In this document: positions 1 through 10,624 of the stretch, piece by piece
How the letters are laid out: every line of letters begins with the position of its first letter
How positions within the stretch are numbered: the stretch's first letter is position 1
NCBI GenBank assembly: GCA_964438445.1
Contig: CAYTLV010000001.1
Location: forward strand, 22,763 to 63,539
Reading direction: 5' to 3'
DNA from: an uncultured bacterium
GTDB lineage: Bacteria > Fidelibacterota > Fidelibacteria > Fidelibacterales > Fidelibacteraceae
DNA: 40,777 nt
Translations under genes and position numbers: made by a program
The notes under the pieces: model-generated
Database searches by the model: none
What the model saw: only the letters and a program-made list of their open reading frames with translations
What the model was told of the DNA's origin: nothing

Positions 1-242
1 GGATAATATCGACCTTGATAATAAAAACTTCCGGAAATACCGCTATTGCTTATTTGTCCGGTTTTTACAAATTCCGTAAGATCATCATGGCTTATTTCCC
101 ATTTATACGAAAATACAGCCGGAGACTCTTCAATATTCCATGTTGCGGAATATAATCCGGAGACCATAACAAACGCCAATAACAGAACGCTGCTAACGGT
201 TCGATAAATATGTGTACAACGATGTTCGCATTTCGTCTTCAT
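1..242 (-). CDS. hypothetical membrane-anchored protein; its 3' part runs off the window (CdaR/YbbR-like by position only)
   Basis: Minus-strand frame open from ATG 242-240 (alternative ATG 167-165) to the window edge. It is absent from the ORF track because it has no stop in the window. My translation is MKTKCEHRCTHIYRTVSSVLLLAFVMVSGLYSATWNIEESPAVFSYKWEISHDDLTEFVKTGQISNSGISGSFYYQGRYY, with one hydrophobic N-terminal segment. It sits directly downstream of cdaA and overlaps it, as cdaR often does. Confidence 0.35.
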   Translation of the reverse strand, partial: MKTKCEHRCTHIYRTVSSVLLLAFVMVSGLYSATWNIEESPAVFSYKWEISHDDLTEFVKTGQISNSGISGSFYYQGRYY

Positions 243-957
243 TAACATCCCGTTTTAATTTTCCCTGATACGCGATAGATATCTTGCCCCGTTCTTCTGA
301 AACAATAATAACTACTGAATCGCTTTCTTCCGATAAACCCAAACCCGCAAGATGGCGGGTACCAATCGTTGGGTCTAATTCAATATTTTCACTTAAGGGC
401 AAAATACATTTTGCCGCTAATATTCTATCTTCGTAGATAATGATCGCTCCATCATGCAAGGGTGATGATGTATTAAAAATCGACAATATCAAATCATGAT
501 TAATCATAGCGTTGACTTGTACGCCTCGTTCTACAATAGATTTTAACCCGGCGTCACGAATAACAACTATTAGAGCACCCAAACCGGCCTTCTTTAATTC
601 TAAAGCAGAGTGGATAATCTCCTCCGTTTTGCTATTATCAGATTTTGATATCCAACGCAAAAGCGGGTTTTGCCCAATATACAATAAAATACGCCTTAAT
701 TCAGGTTGAAAAAGTATGATAAATAAAATCACCCAAACAGTTGCTAATCTTTCAAATAGCCAGGCAGTAGCGCGAAAATCAAGTAAATGCGCAACAAAGC
801 CAAGAATCGCAATTGCGACCATACCATAAAGCATCTGACTAGCGCGCGTATTGCGAAACAAAAGATATGCACCGTAAAACACAAGAGCAACAACAATGAT
901 ATCAATAATATCAAGAAGTGTTACGGAGATAAACCCTATGTTAAATAATTCTACCAT
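193..957 (-). CDS. cdaA: diadenylate cyclase (c-di-AMP synthase) CdaA/DacA
   Basis: Three N-terminal hydrophobic helices followed by a DAC domain with LHDGAIII and GTRHLAGLG(LSEESD) motifs. ATG start. Overlaps the folP 3' end by 7 nt. Confidence 0.9.
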   Translation of the reverse strand: MVELFNIGFISVTLLDIIDIIVVALVFYGAYLLFRNTRASQMLYGMVAIAILGFVAHLLDFRATAWLFERLATVWVILFIILFQPELRRILLYIGQNPLLRWISKSDNSKTEEIIHSALELKKAGLGALIVVIRDAGLKSIVERGVQVNAMINHDLILSIFNTSSPLHDGAIIIYEDRILAAKCILPLSENIELDPTIGTRHLAGLGLSEESDSVVIIVSEERGKISIAYQGKLKRDVNEDEMRTSLYTYLSNR

Positions 958-1748
958 ATATGCTCTATTATTTTCAGTGCCTGAACCGTTTCAGCCACAT
1001 CATGTACTCTAAGAATATCAGCACCTCGTTGTGCCGCAACACAAGCGATCGCCAAAGAACCCGGTAAGCGTTGTTCTACTTCGGCATCGCAAATGGTGCC
1101 GATCATTGATTTTCTTGAAGCTCCTATTAATAATGGGAAACCAAGATTTTTAAGTTTTTTAAGTCCTCTTAATATGCGAGTATTATCTTCCAAGCGCTTC
1201 CCAAACCCAATTCCGGGGTCCAATATAATATTCTCTTCTTTTACGCCTTTCCCTAGTGCAACTTTTGTTTGATCTTTAAAAAAATCAGTGACTTCAGATA
1301 TAATATCTTTTGAATCCGGATCAACTTGCATTGTTTTCGGAACACCTTTCATATGCATGATGACCAACTTTGCATTGTAGCTTGCCACATGCTCTGCGAT
1401 CAATGTACTATACTGTAGCCCGGAAACATCATTAATAATATCCGCACCCATTTTTAAGGCCTCAAGAGTAAGATCGGGCTTGGTGGTATCAACCGATATT
1501 TCGACATTGAACCGCACAAGTTTTTCTAAAACCGGTAAAACACGATCCATTTCTTCTTGAAGAGACACTGGTTCAGATCCCGGTCGTGTTGATTCTCCGC
1601 CAATGTCAATAATATCTACTCCCGCTTCTACCATTCTTTCAGCTTGAAAAATGGCTTCCGGCGCATTGCGGTATAAGCCCCCGTCACTAAAGGAATCGGG
1701 AGTAACATTCAATATTCCCATTATCCGGGTTTTTAATATTTTACCCAT
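951..1748 (-). CDS. folP: dihydropteroate synthase
   Basis: Pterin-binding hallmarks GILNVTPDSFSDGG and DIGGESTRPG. Typical length of 265 aa. Confidence 0.92.
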   Translation of the reverse strand: MGKILKTRIMGILNVTPDSFSDGGLYRNAPEAIFQAERMVEAGVDIIDIGGESTRPGSEPVSLQEEMDRVLPVLEKLVRFNVEISVDTTKPDLTLEALKMGADIINDVSGLQYSTLIAEHVASYNAKLVIMHMKGVPKTMQVDPDSKDIISEVTDFFKDQTKVALGKGVKEENIILDPGIGFGKRLEDNTRILRGLKKLKNLGFPLLIGASRKSMIGTICDAEVEQRLPGSLAIACVAAQRGADILRVHDVAETVQALKIIEHIW

Positions 1749-1764
1749 AACTTATCAAAGAGCT

Positions 1765-3720
1765 TTATTTTGTTCTTAACTCAATTCCTTCGCCTGTGAC
1801 AATTTTCTCAAGGTGTTCACGGTCTAAAGATTCTTTTTCCAATAACGCATCTGCAATAATTTTTAAAATTTTAGAATACTCTTTTAAAAGCACTTTGGCA
1901 TTATTATATGCTGCGCTGATAATTTTTTGAATTTCTTGATCTATTTTTTGTGCCGTTGCTTCGGAGTAATTTTTTGTTGTTCCAAAGTCGCGACCAAGAA
2001 ATATTTCATTCGTTTTACTGCCAAAGCTTGCGACGCCAAATGCTTCGCTCATACCCCATTCGCAAACCATTCTGCGCGCCATATCTGTAGCTCGCTCAAT
2101 ATCATTGCTTGCGCCGGTTGTAATATCTTCATTGGCTAGTTCTTCGGCAACGCGACCACCCATCATAACCTGCAATTGCGCATTAATATATCTTTTAGTG
2201 TAATTGTATTTATCCGCCTCCGGCAACATATGGGTCACACCCAGCGCCCTGCCACGAGGAATAATACTAACCTTATGAACCGGATCTGCATCTTTAAGCA
2301 GAACTCCAATAAGTGCGTGTCCGGCTTCATGTATAGCTGTGATCTTTTTATCGTCTTCGCTGAGCAACATGGATTTTCTCTCTGTACCCATCATAACTTT
2401 ATCTTTAGCTTCTTCAAAATCAACATTTGAAACCGATTTGTGATTTTTGCGCGCAGCCAATAAGGCCGCTTCATTTACAAGATTTGCAAGATCGGCTCCC
2501 ACCATACCCGGCGTACCTTTGGCTAATGTTTTAAGATCAACTTTGGGAGAAAGTTTAATATTCTTTGCATGAACTTTTAGAATACCTTCACGACCAACGG
2601 CATCGGGGACATCCACTACGATCTGCCTGTCAAAACGACCGGGACGAAGCAAAGCGGAATCTAAAATATCAGGTCGGTTCGTTGCGGCGATCACGATCAC
2701 GCTTGCATCAGAATTAAAACCATCCATTTGAACCAATAACTGATTTAGGGTTTGTTCTCGTTCATCATGACCACCACCCAATCCGGCACCTCGCTGACGT
2801 CCAACGGCATCAATCTCATCAATAAATACAATAGCGGGTGAATTTTTAAGAGCCTGGTCAAACAACCCGCGAACACGGCTTGCGCCGACACCCACGAACA
2901 TTTCAACAAAATCAGCACCAGAAATACTGTAAAAAGGCACCTTTGCCTCGCCTGCAACAGCTTTTGCGAGTAAGGTTTTACCAGTTCCGGGAGGGCCCAG
3001 CAACAGTGCGCCACGCGGGATCTTGCCACCAAGACGTTGAAAACGTTCCGGTGTTTTTAAAAACTCAATGATCTCTTCGAGCTCTTGCTTGGCTTCAACA
3101 CATCCGGCAACATCTTTAAATGTGATCGTTGAGTTTTCGGGATTAAATTTCTTTGCAGGGTTGGTGTTTCCAAATGAAAACATTCCACCGCCTGACTGAC
3201 CATTCTTGTTTCCAGACATTCTGCGCATTAATATGATCCAAACAGCAATGATCACGATCCAAGGAAGAACATTCATCAGAATATCACCAAAACCAATGCT
3301 TGGTTCATTAAATTCATATTCCAGTCCGGCATCATCCCATTGATCTAATAATTCTGTATCCAAATGAAGAATAGTAACACGATAACGTAGATATTCCATT
3401 TCTTTGGCATTTACGTAATCTGTTAGGGGTACTTTAAACTCACCAGAAAGAGCATTGCCTTCAAAAACGCCATTTAGGATCTTGCCTTCTTGTAGGTATT
3501 TGTTGAATTGAGTATAAGTAAGTTTTTTCTCCCCCTGATTACCGGCAGTTCCAAAAACCTGTGCCAGTATCAACATAACAATGACTAAGCCAATCCAAAT
3601 CAATGGAGTTTTAGGAATCTTTATTGGTCCTTTAAATTCAGGACCGCCACCACCCGATGGTTTGGGCTTTTTCTTGTTTTCTGGGTTCCCGTCAGGGCTA
3701 TTATAAAAACGGTTGAACAT
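1765..3720 (-). CDS. ftsH: ATP-dependent zinc metalloprotease FtsH
   Basis: Walker A GPPGTGKT, Walker [32 protein letters not shown], zinc site HEAGHA, two N-terminal TM segments. AAGGAG lies 6 nt upstream of the ATG. Confidence 0.97.
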   Translation of the reverse strand: MFNRFYNSPDGNPENKKKPKPSGGGGPEFKGPIKIPKTPLIWIGLVIVMLILAQVFGTAGNQGEKKLTYTQFNKYLQEGKILNGVFEGNALSGEFKVPLTDYVNAKEMEYLRYRVTILHLDTELLDQWDDAGLEYEFNEPSIGFGDILMNVLPWIVIIAVWIILMRRMSGNKNGQSGGGMFSFGNTNPAKKFNPENSTITFKDVAGCVEAKQELEEIIEFLKTPERFQRLGGKIPRGALLLGPPGTGKTLLAKAVAGEAKVPFYSISGADFVEMFVGVGASRVRGLFDQALKNSPAIVFIDEIDAVGRQRGAGLGGGHDEREQTLNQLLVQMDGFNSDASVIVIAATNRPDILDSALLRPGRFDRQIVVDVPDAVGREGILKVHAKNIKLSPKVDLKTLAKGTPGMVGADLANLVNEAALLAARKNHKSVSNVDFEEAKDKVMMGTERKSMLLSEDDKKITAIHEAGHALIGVLLKDADPVHKVSIIPRGRALGVTHMLPEADKYNYTKRYINAQLQVMMGGRVAEELANEDITTGASNDIERATDMARRMVCEWGMSEAFGVASFGSKTNEIFLGRDFGTTKNYSEATAQKIDQEIQKIISAAYNNAKVLLKEYSKILKIIADALLEKESLDREHLEKIVTGEGIELRTK

Positions 3721-3778
3721 GTAATCTCCTTTATATCCTATTAATATACTATATCTTTATGAGATTATGTTCCATTTT

Positions 3779-4357
3779 TTATTGGTTTTTCGGGAAATTC
3801 ATGGCAAAAATATCCCGTAAACGTCGATATTGTTGTTCTATGTCCAAGCCATAGCCTACAACGAATTTATCTGGAATTTCAAAACCAACATATTCAGGCT
3901 CGATTTCAACCTTTGTGATTTCTTTTTTATAGAGCAATGTTGCAACGCGAACAGAGCCGGGATGACTGTTCTCAAAGTGTTTTCGCAGGTAGTTGATCGA
4001 TAAGCCGGTGTCAACAATATCTTCTACAAGAATGAGGTCGCGGTCTGAAATATCGGCACTTATATCTTTAATCAAACGAATGGTCCCGGTGGAGCCTGTT
4101 TTTTGATAAGAAGATATTTTAATAAAATCCATTTCCGCCTCAATGCTCATTGCTCTTAAAAGATCGGCCATAAAATAAAAACTACCGTTCAAAACCCCAA
4201 TAATGATCGGTGGTTTTTTCTTTTTCTTGTAATCTGTCGATATCTTTCGTGCAAGATGCTTAATGCGATCTTGAATATCTTCTTCAGAAATCAACAGGTC
4301 CAATACTTCTCCATCAAAAGAACCGCCATAATCAAGGGTTAAGGTTTTTTTTATCAT
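3779..4357 (-). CDS. hpt: hypoxanthine phosphoribosyltransferase
   Basis: PRPP-binding loop LILVEDIVDTGLS. ATGA overlap with the tilS stop. The tilS-hpt-ftsH order is conserved. Confidence 0.9.
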   Translation of the reverse strand: MIKKTLTLDYGGSFDGEVLDLLISEEDIQDRIKHLARKISTDYKKKKKPPIIIGVLNGSFYFMADLLRAMSIEAEMDFIKISSYQKTGSTGTIRLIKDISADISDRDLILVEDIVDTGLSINYLRKHFENSHPGSVRVATLLYKKEITKVEIEPEYVGFEIPDKFVVGYGLDIEQQYRRLRDIFAMNFPKNQ

Positions 4358-5769
4358 TTTCCCGCTCCATGTTTGTATGTGATCATTACTATTTTATCTT
4401 CGTTAAAATTAACAATATATCTATCTGAACGCTTAACTTTTGGGATCCAAAGAACCTCTTCACCTAAAGTAAGAACAAGTTGTTGTCCCTTATCTGCAAT
4501 ATTCACTTTTTCGTCTTTGAGAATATCACTGAGCTTTTTAGTGTGCCCCGATCCGTAAATTTTCATTGTATCTCCGGACCTCCATGTCCGTAAATGTAAT
4601 TTCCCATCCAATATTTCTTTAGAGAATAGCGCTACACTATTATTTGTTATCAAGGATTTAGGCATATCAACTATTTTTATTTCGAGTTCTTTCTCGCTTT
4701 CCGGAATCTGAATTATACCCTCTTTACACAAAAACATTAAGTTCACTTTCATGAACTCATCCAATTTACAAATAATATGTTCGCGAGCTTTTATTAATTT
4801 ATGTCCCAGTAATTCTATTGTATTGCCCATGTCTGATGATAGAATAAAAGTATTTAATTGAATAAGCTGCTTTTCTGAAATATGCCTAGAAACAAACAAG
4901 TTATTCTTGAACATGTTTTTAAGAATCTGTTTCTGTATCAAAAGCGGTAATCCCTGATAATCTTTAATAGAAATTTTTATTTCATTGCCAGAAACACTAA
5001 GAACCTGCTCAATTTCAATTTTAGCATAGTGGTCAATTGCCTGCACCGCTTCAGTCATAGCTAAACCTGAATCTGCCAAGGCCTTTTCACAAAGAGGGAA
5101 ACCCATTTTTTTCAATGCGGGTATTATTGAATGCCGTATCTTGTTCCTTGCGAATTTTTCATCCGTATTGCTATGATCTTCGTAATATTTCAATTCCTGT
5201 TCTCTGGCGTAATTTTCAATTTCTTTACGCAAGAAAGGTAAGAACGGTCGTTTAATAAAATCTCTTGATTCCGGAATACCACTGAGCCCTTTGATGCCCG
5301 CTCCGGTCAACATGCGGTACAAAACAGTTTCCGCCTGGTCGTTGGCATGATGAGCAGTACAAATAGCATTGCACTGTAAATCATTCATCCATTTTGAAAA
5401 GACTCTATATCGGACATCCCGTGCCAGCGATTCAATACTGGGGTTTTGTGTACTGTCTGCAGCATATCCATCAATAACTTCATTTTTATTAAGATCAACT
5501 TTTTCTTCTACATAGTGTAAATTATTCTTTTTCGCAAGCTCCCTACAAAGCTGAGACTCATTTGCGTCATCACCCGGTCGAAGACCGTGATCGATATGCC
5601 CTACAATAAGTTCCCAATTCCAGCGTTTCTGAAGTTCAACAAACACAGATAACATCACAATGCTATCCACTCCCCCGGAAACAGCCAGCAAGATCTTGTC
5701 ATTATGTTTCAACAGGGTTTTGCGGATCAAGAACTGATGTACTTTTTCCGCAAGAGGTGACCACTTCAT
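4354..5769 (-). CDS. tilS: tRNA(Ile)-lysidine synthase
   Basis: PP-loop LLAVSGGVDS plus a long C-terminal substrate-binding extension. Position upstream of hpt/ftsH. Confidence 0.9.
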   Translation of the reverse strand: MKWSPLAEKVHQFLIRKTLLKHNDKILLAVSGGVDSIVMLSVFVELQKRWNWELIVGHIDHGLRPGDDANESQLCRELAKKNNLHYVEEKVDLNKNEVIDGYAADSTQNPSIESLARDVRYRVFSKWMNDLQCNAICTAHHANDQAETVLYRMLTGAGIKGLSGIPESRDFIKRPFLPFLRKEIENYAREQELKYYEDHSNTDEKFARNKIRHSIIPALKKMGFPLCEKALADSGLAMTEAVQAIDHYAKIEIEQVLSVSGNEIKISIKDYQGLPLLIQKQILKNMFKNNLFVSRHISEKQLIQLNTFILSSDMGNTIELLGHKLIKAREHIICKLDEFMKVNLMFLCKEGIIQIPESEKELEIKIVDMPKSLITNNSVALFSKEILDGKLHLRTWRSGDTMKIYGSGHTKKLSDILKDEKVNIADKGQQLVLTLGEEVLWIPKVKRSDRYIVNFNEDKIVMITYKHGAGK

Positions 5770-5808
5770 GATGTGCCTTTATGGGTCTTTTTGAAAAAAA
5801 ATCTTTTT

Positions 5809-7020
5809 CTATTTTTTAAGCTTAATAAACTTACGTTTTCCAACTTTCAGGATATCACCATCCTTAACTTCCAAAGGATTTGAATGAGAATTAACACGTG
5901 TCCCATTTATTGAAACACCCCCTTGAGCGATAAGTCGCTTCGCTTCTCCTCCTGATTGACACAAACCGCTTTCAAGCATTAATTTTGTAATAAATACATC
6001 GCCGATCGGTACTGTAAATTCAGGTATATTATCTGGAACATCTTTTTTTACAAAAACCTTTTGAAAATGATCTTTTGCGCGGTTTGCCGCTTCAGTATCA
6101 TGATATCTTTTCACAAGACGCCAAGCAAGTTCATGTTTAATATCTCTTGGGTTTTCTCCAGCTTCCATGGCTTTTTTAAATGACTCGATCTCTTCCGCAG
6201 GCGTATTTGTCACGAGCGTAAAATAGCGGAGAATTAGATCGTCGCTAATAGATACCGTTTTACCGTACATATCTTCGGGAGTATCGGTAAGCCCAATATA
6301 ATTATCCAAAGATTTGGACATTTTGGCACCCCCGCTCAATCCCTCAAGAATGGGCATGGTAAGAATGACCTGGGGATATAATCCATATTCACGTTGAATA
6401 TCACGACCAACGAGAAGATTGAATTTTTGATCTGTACCGCCAAGTTCAATATCAGATTTTATTGCTACACTGTCATATGCTTGTGCCAACGGATAAAGAA
6501 ATTCATGTGTGGAGATAGGTATACCTTGAGCATAACGCTTTGAGAAATCATCTCTTTCCAACATGCGGGCAACAGTATAATGAGCTGATAGCGTGATTAC
6601 ATCACGGAAATCCATGGGCGCAAGCCATTCCGAATTATGTCTGATCTCTAGAGTCTCTTTATTTAGAACAATTCCGGCTTGATCGAAATATGACTGTGCG
6701 TTTTCTTTTGTGTCTTCAAGAGTAAGTGCTGGGCGTGTTTTATTTCGGCCTGTAGGATCACCTATCATAGCGGTGAAATCACCAATGATCAGGACAGCTT
6801 GATGACCAAGATCTTGAAATTGCCGCATTTTACCTAAAACAACTGCATGACCGATATGAAGATCCGGGCAACTTGGGTCTGCCCCTAATTTGACTCTTAT
6901 GGGTTTTTGTTCTTTAATGCTTAATTCTATCTTTTTTACCAGTTCTTCTTCCGGTATGATCTCCTCGGCACCCTTGCGAATAATGTCCATCTGTTCATTT
7001 AACGATGGAAAGCGACTCAT
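5809..7020 (-). CDS. tyrS: tyrosine--tRNA ligase (with C-terminal S4 domain)
   Basis: HIGH motif (PDLHIGHAV), KMSKS motif (GAKMSKSL), S4-like tail (RLIAQGGVSINGTRV). The track start at 7038 is a TTG. I prefer ATG 7020-7018, which has AAAGGAG 5 nt upstream. Confidence 0.92.
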   Translation of the reverse strand: MSRFPSLNEQMDIIRKGAEEIIPEEELVKKIELSIKEQKPIRVKLGADPSCPDLHIGHAVVLGKMRQFQDLGHQAVLIIGDFTAMIGDPTGRNKTRPALTLEDTKENAQSYFDQAGIVLNKETLEIRHNSEWLAPMDFRDVITLSAHYTVARMLERDDFSKRYAQGIPISTHEFLYPLAQAYDSVAIKSDIELGGTDQKFNLLVGRDIQREYGLYPQVILTMPILEGLSGGAKMSKSLDNYIGLTDTPEDMYGKTVSISDDLILRYFTLVTNTPAEEIESFKKAMEAGENPRDIKHELAWRLVKRYHDTEAANRAKDHFQKVFVKKDVPDNIPEFTVPIGDVFITKLMLESGLCQSGGEAKRLIAQGGVSINGTRVNSHSNPLEVKDGDILKVGKRKFIKLKK

Positions 7021-7034
7021 ATCAGCTCCTTTGA

Positions 7035-7478
7035 TCAATGTTTCATCTGACGGTCCATATTGCGTTGTACATCTTTTTTCGCAATATCCTGTCGTTTATC
7101 GTATAATTTTTTACCTTTTGCCAATCCCACTTCAACTTTAATGTGATTTCCCACCCAATACATGGCCACGGGAATAAGCGTAAGGTGTTGTTCATCTCGT
7201 TTTCTTTTAAGCTTTTTTAGTTCTTTTTTGTGCAAAAGCAATTTCTTTGGTCGGATGGGATCATGATTTTCATATCCGGCATGCGAATAAGGGGAAATAT
7301 GTGCCTGTAATAAGTACAATTCACCATCTTGAAAATTGCAGTAAGCTTCTTTAATATTTATTTTTCCCTCACGGATGGCTTTTACTTCAGTTCCGTGAAG
7401 TACAAGGCCTGCTTCAATATTTTCAAGAATTTGAAAATCATGATAGGCTTTCCGGTTTTTCAGAATGAGCTTTTCCAC
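7035..7478 (-). CDS. smpB: SsrA-binding protein SmpB
   Basis: NRKAYHDFQILENIEAGLVLHGTEVKAIREGK is the SmpB signature. Basic C-terminal tail. GTG start (7478-7476) with no obvious SD. Confidence 0.88.
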   Translation of the reverse strand: MEKLILKNRKAYHDFQILENIEAGLVLHGTEVKAIREGKINIKEAYCNFQDGELYLLQAHISPYSHAGYENHDPIRPKKLLLHKKELKKLKRKRDEQHLTLIPVAMYWVGNHIKVEVGLAKGKKLYDKRQDIAKKDVQRNMDRQMKH

Positions 7479-7520
7479 GGGAATAATATAACGAAGTTAT
7501 TTAGAAATATGAAAAACTAT

Positions 7521-7548
7521 GTTTAAGAGTTTAAAGTTTAACGTTTAA
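7521..7548. repeat. four phased GTTTAA (minus strand TTAAAC) units, spacing 8/7/7 nt
   Basis: gtttaaGAgtttaaAgtttaaCgtttaa read directly, 43-70 nt upstream of the smpB start codon. Confidence 0.7.
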
Positions 7549-7622
7549 GGGTGAAGTGCTGATTTCTGCCTAGTGCTTTGCCCTGCGTGGTTTTAGCGTA
7601 GAGAAATTCACGACTTACTGTA

Positions 7623-8849
7623 TTATTCGGCGTTTCCGTTCAGCACCAACCCGACAAGTCCGAAACTGGTCATTAAAAAACTGCCGCCATAACTGATAAA
7701 GGGTAAGGGCTTCCCTGTTACAGGTAAAAGTCCAACCGTCATTCCAACATTAATAAATATATGGGCAAGAAGCGCTGTTGTACCACCAATGATCAACATA
7801 GCACTAAAAGTACTTTTTGCCGTTATGGCCATTCGATACCATCTAAGAACCAGAAAACAATAAACAAACAATATCAGAGTGATCCCAATAAAACCGAACT
7901 CTTCAGAAATAACCGAAAAAATAAAATCCGTGTGTTGTTCCGGTAGAAAATTGAGGTGAGCTTGAGTCCCCTGCATAAAGCCCTTTCCCACCAAGCCTCC
8001 TGACCCAATAGCGATCTGAGATTGAATTACCTGATAACCCGCTCCCATAGGATCCAAATGAGGATTCAGCATGGTTAGGATACGTTGTTGTTGGTAGGGT
8101 TTGATTGTGTTCCAGAAAAAAGGCGTCATAACACCCACTAAAATATTCATCAGGAATATAGCAACTGAAAAAAGAATGTTCTTATTATTTAAGAAAATGA
8201 TGATCGCTAAGGTAATTCCCCAAACCAGAAAGACCCAACTGTTAAAGGCCGCCAACATAGTTATAAACGGAGCTGCGATCAGAAAAATATAATATAACTT
8301 ATAACCGCTTGCAAAAAGCATTGCGGTAAAAATAGCGCCATAGATCAATGTTGTACCCAAGTCGGGTTGTAAAAACACTAAAATTGCCGGGATCGCTAAA
8401 ATACCGAGTGGATAAAGGACATAGCCAGCTTGAAGGGGCGAACGTCTGGTCTCGCTGAACACTTTTGCCAGCATGATGATCAAAATAAATTTCATGTACT
8501 CCGATGGCTGTATCTGAAATCCGCCAAGATTTATCCAACGATTGGTACCGGAAGTGACCATTGATAGAATAAATGGAAGAATAATCAACACTGTTCCAAC
8601 TATATATAGGACTTCCGCATAGCTTAATAGAAAACTTTTCCTTACTGAAAATAACATAATTAACATGGCAAGGCCACCAAGAATACCCAGCATTTGTTTC
8701 CAGAAATACTGCATATTGGACTCGGTTCCAATAAAAGATGTCGCACTATAGATCGCGATCAAGCCACATCCGGTAAGTACAAATACCAAAATAAGCGATG
8801 GTACATCAATCTCTGAAATTTTTAAATCAAAAAAATCTTTAAATTTCAT
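7623..8849 (-). CDS. rodA: peptidoglycan glycosyltransferase RodA (SEDS family)
   Basis: Polytopic membrane protein with SEDS motifs QPSEYMKF, LQPDLGT and TDFIFSVISEEFGFIG. Follows mrdA with a 4-nt overlap. Confidence 0.87.
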   Translation of the reverse strand: MKFKDFFDLKISEIDVPSLILVFVLTGCGLIAIYSATSFIGTESNMQYFWKQMLGILGGLAMLIMLFSVRKSFLLSYAEVLYIVGTVLIILPFILSMVTSGTNRWINLGGFQIQPSEYMKFILIIMLAKVFSETRRSPLQAGYVLYPLGILAIPAILVFLQPDLGTTLIYGAIFTAMLFASGYKLYYIFLIAAPFITMLAAFNSWVFLVWGITLAIIIFLNNKNILFSVAIFLMNILVGVMTPFFWNTIKPYQQQRILTMLNPHLDPMGAGYQVIQSQIAIGSGGLVGKGFMQGTQAHLNFLPEQHTDFIFSVISEEFGFIGITLILFVYCFLVLRWYRMAITAKSTFSAMLIIGGTTALLAHIFINVGMTVGLLPVTGKPLPFISYGGSFLMTSFGLVGLVLNGNAE

Positions 8850-10624
8850 TGCTCTCTCATATAGTAATAAGCTTTAAGTAGCTGCCCGGCAACCGGAGCA
8901 GCAACAACTGCGCCTGCGATACCGTATTCAACAAAAACAACTATTGCATAAGGGAAATCTTTTTGTTTTGAAAATCCAATAAACCATCCATGGGGCTCGC
9001 CATGTGGGTTTTGTGCCGTTCCGGTTTTGCCATACATCTTCAAGCCTGGAACATTTGCAGTACGACCGGTTCCCCATGAGCTTTGAACGGCATTCAACAT
9101 ACCCGCGTCAATCTCTTTCCAAGTTGAAGCGGAGATATCATCCACATATGAAACCTTGTATTTAGGATCTTCAATTACCTCATTTCCGATATAATGAACT
9201 GATCTTAATAAATGTGGCGTTACGACCTTTCCGTGTGTCGCCAAAATACCCGTATAACGCAATGCTTGCAAGGGCGTAATAAGTACATCTCCTTGACCGA
9301 TCACCATATTTAACCACATACCTTTCCACCATTTTCTACGTCCATACTGATTATCAAGAAATGTACGATCTGGGCATATGCCCGGTAACTCTCCCGGCAA
9401 GTCTATTCCGGTCAGATCGCCGAATTTCATTTTCTTCGCGTACGAACTCCAATCGTCAATCCCAAGTGCAAGAATAACATTATAAAAATATACATTGCAG
9501 GAATGGGCTATCGCTTCATTCAGGTTTTCCGTACCATGCACGTGTGAACATTTGAATTCACGTCCACCCAAATCAAAAACACCCGTGCACTCAAATTCGG
9601 TTTCCGGCGTAATAACTCCTTTTTCCAAAGCGGCTATTGCAGTTACCATTTTATAAATAGAACCAGGGGGATATTGACCCCGTATTGCACGATTAAAAAG
9701 TGGAATACGTTTATCTTGAACAATGGAATCCCATTCTGTTTGACTTAATCCTTCCGTAAACATGCCGGAATCATATGAAGGCGATGAAACACAAGCAACG
9801 ATCTCACCGTTTTCATAGTTCATCATAATGACCGCTCCGTTATAATTTACCAATAAGGATTCTGCATGAGCCTGCAGATCTTGGTCGATGGTCAAGTAGA
9901 GAGCATTCCCGGGAATAGGATTGGTTTGTTCATAAGCCTGATCATTGAGGGGTTTACCTGTGGCATTAACTTGTTTATAACGATATCCCCTTTTTCCCCT
10001 CAAGATATCTTCATACTGTTTTTCAATACCATCATATCCGATATTGTCGCCAAGCTTATATCCGAAATTGCGATATTTATACATATCGCGACGACGGATC
10101 TCGGCGGTATATCCCAATAAATTTCCACTTAATATTTCATTTGTATATTCCCTAATGGGATCAAAAGCAACCTCTGCACCGGGAAGATCCTGAATACTTT
10201 CGTTAATAATGGCATTGATCTTGTAGTTAATATTACGCAAAACAATGGCGGGACGATATGATCCATATTGATTGCGTTTCATGGTTCTTTGAAGTTGATC
10301 AATTGGAACTTTTGTGATATCTGCTAATTTTTCCCATGTTTCGGGGTGTTGTTTTATAATATCTGGGTAAACGACAATATTGTAACAAGGAACATTGTAA
10401 ATAAGTTTTTTACCGTTACGGTCAAACACGATCCCACGCGGTGCTGAGATATCAATACGATTCAGCATATTGCCCCTGGCTTCGCTTTCATAAGTGGAAT
10501 AATTTACTATTTGCAGAGAATAAAAACGGATAATAATCACTAAAAAAAGAAAAAGAGCCATAACAAAAAGGGTAATGATCCGATATTTATCCATTCTATT
10601 TTTTACTTCATGTGGCATGATCAC
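8846..10624 (-). CDS. mrdA: penicillin-binding protein 2 (elongasome transpeptidase)
   Basis: N-terminal TM anchor. Transpeptidase motifs SxxK (GSIYK), SxN (HSCN) and KTG (GKTGTA). Start at 10624 is GTG (GTGA overlap with the mreD stop); alternative ATG at 10618. Confidence 0.88.
   Translation of the reverse strand: MIMPHEVKNRMDKYRIITLFVMALFLFLVIIIRFYSLQIVNYSTYESEARGNMLNRIDISAPRGIVFDRNGKKLIYNVPCYNIVVYPDIIKQHPETWEKLADITKVPIDQLQRTMKRNQYGSYRPAIVLRNINYKINAIINESIQDLPGAEVAFDPIREYTNEILSGNLLGYTAEIRRRDMYKYRNFGYKLGDNIGYDGIEKQYEDILRGKRGYRYKQVNATGKPLNDQAYEQTNPIPGNALYLTIDQDLQAHAESLLVNYNGAVIMMNYENGEIVACVSSPSYDSGMFTEGLSQTEWDSIVQDKRIPLFNRAIRGQYPPGSIYKMVTAIAALEKGVITPETEFECTGVFDLGGREFKCSHVHGTENLNEAIAHSCNVYFYNVILALGIDDWSSYAKKMKFGDLTGIDLPGELPGICPDRTFLDNQYGRRKWWKGMWLNMVIGQGDVLITPLQALRYTGILATHGKVVTPHLLRSVHYIGNEVIEDPKYKVSYVDDISASTWKEIDAGMLNAVQSSWGTGRTANVPGLKMYGKTGTAQNPHGEPHGWFIGFSKQKDFPYAIVVFVEYGIAGAVVAAPVAGQLLKAYYYMREQ

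Noticed and set aside
1927-3071. Four ORFs of 63-95 aa (both strands) inside ftsH
   Set aside because: All overlap the unambiguous FtsH reading frame. They are Cys/Phe/Arg-rich nonsense translations.
7021-7038. TTG-extended start of tyrS (track protein MIKGAD-MSRF...)
   Set aside because: ATG 7020 has AAAGGAG at ideal spacing. The extension would overlap the smpB stop and adds six residues with no support.
8299-8538. 79-aa minus-strand ORF in an alternative frame of rodA, plus the antisense ORFs at 7761-7946 and 8101-8292
   Set aside because: They are embedded in the SEDS-motif-bearing rodA frame and nothing supports them independently.
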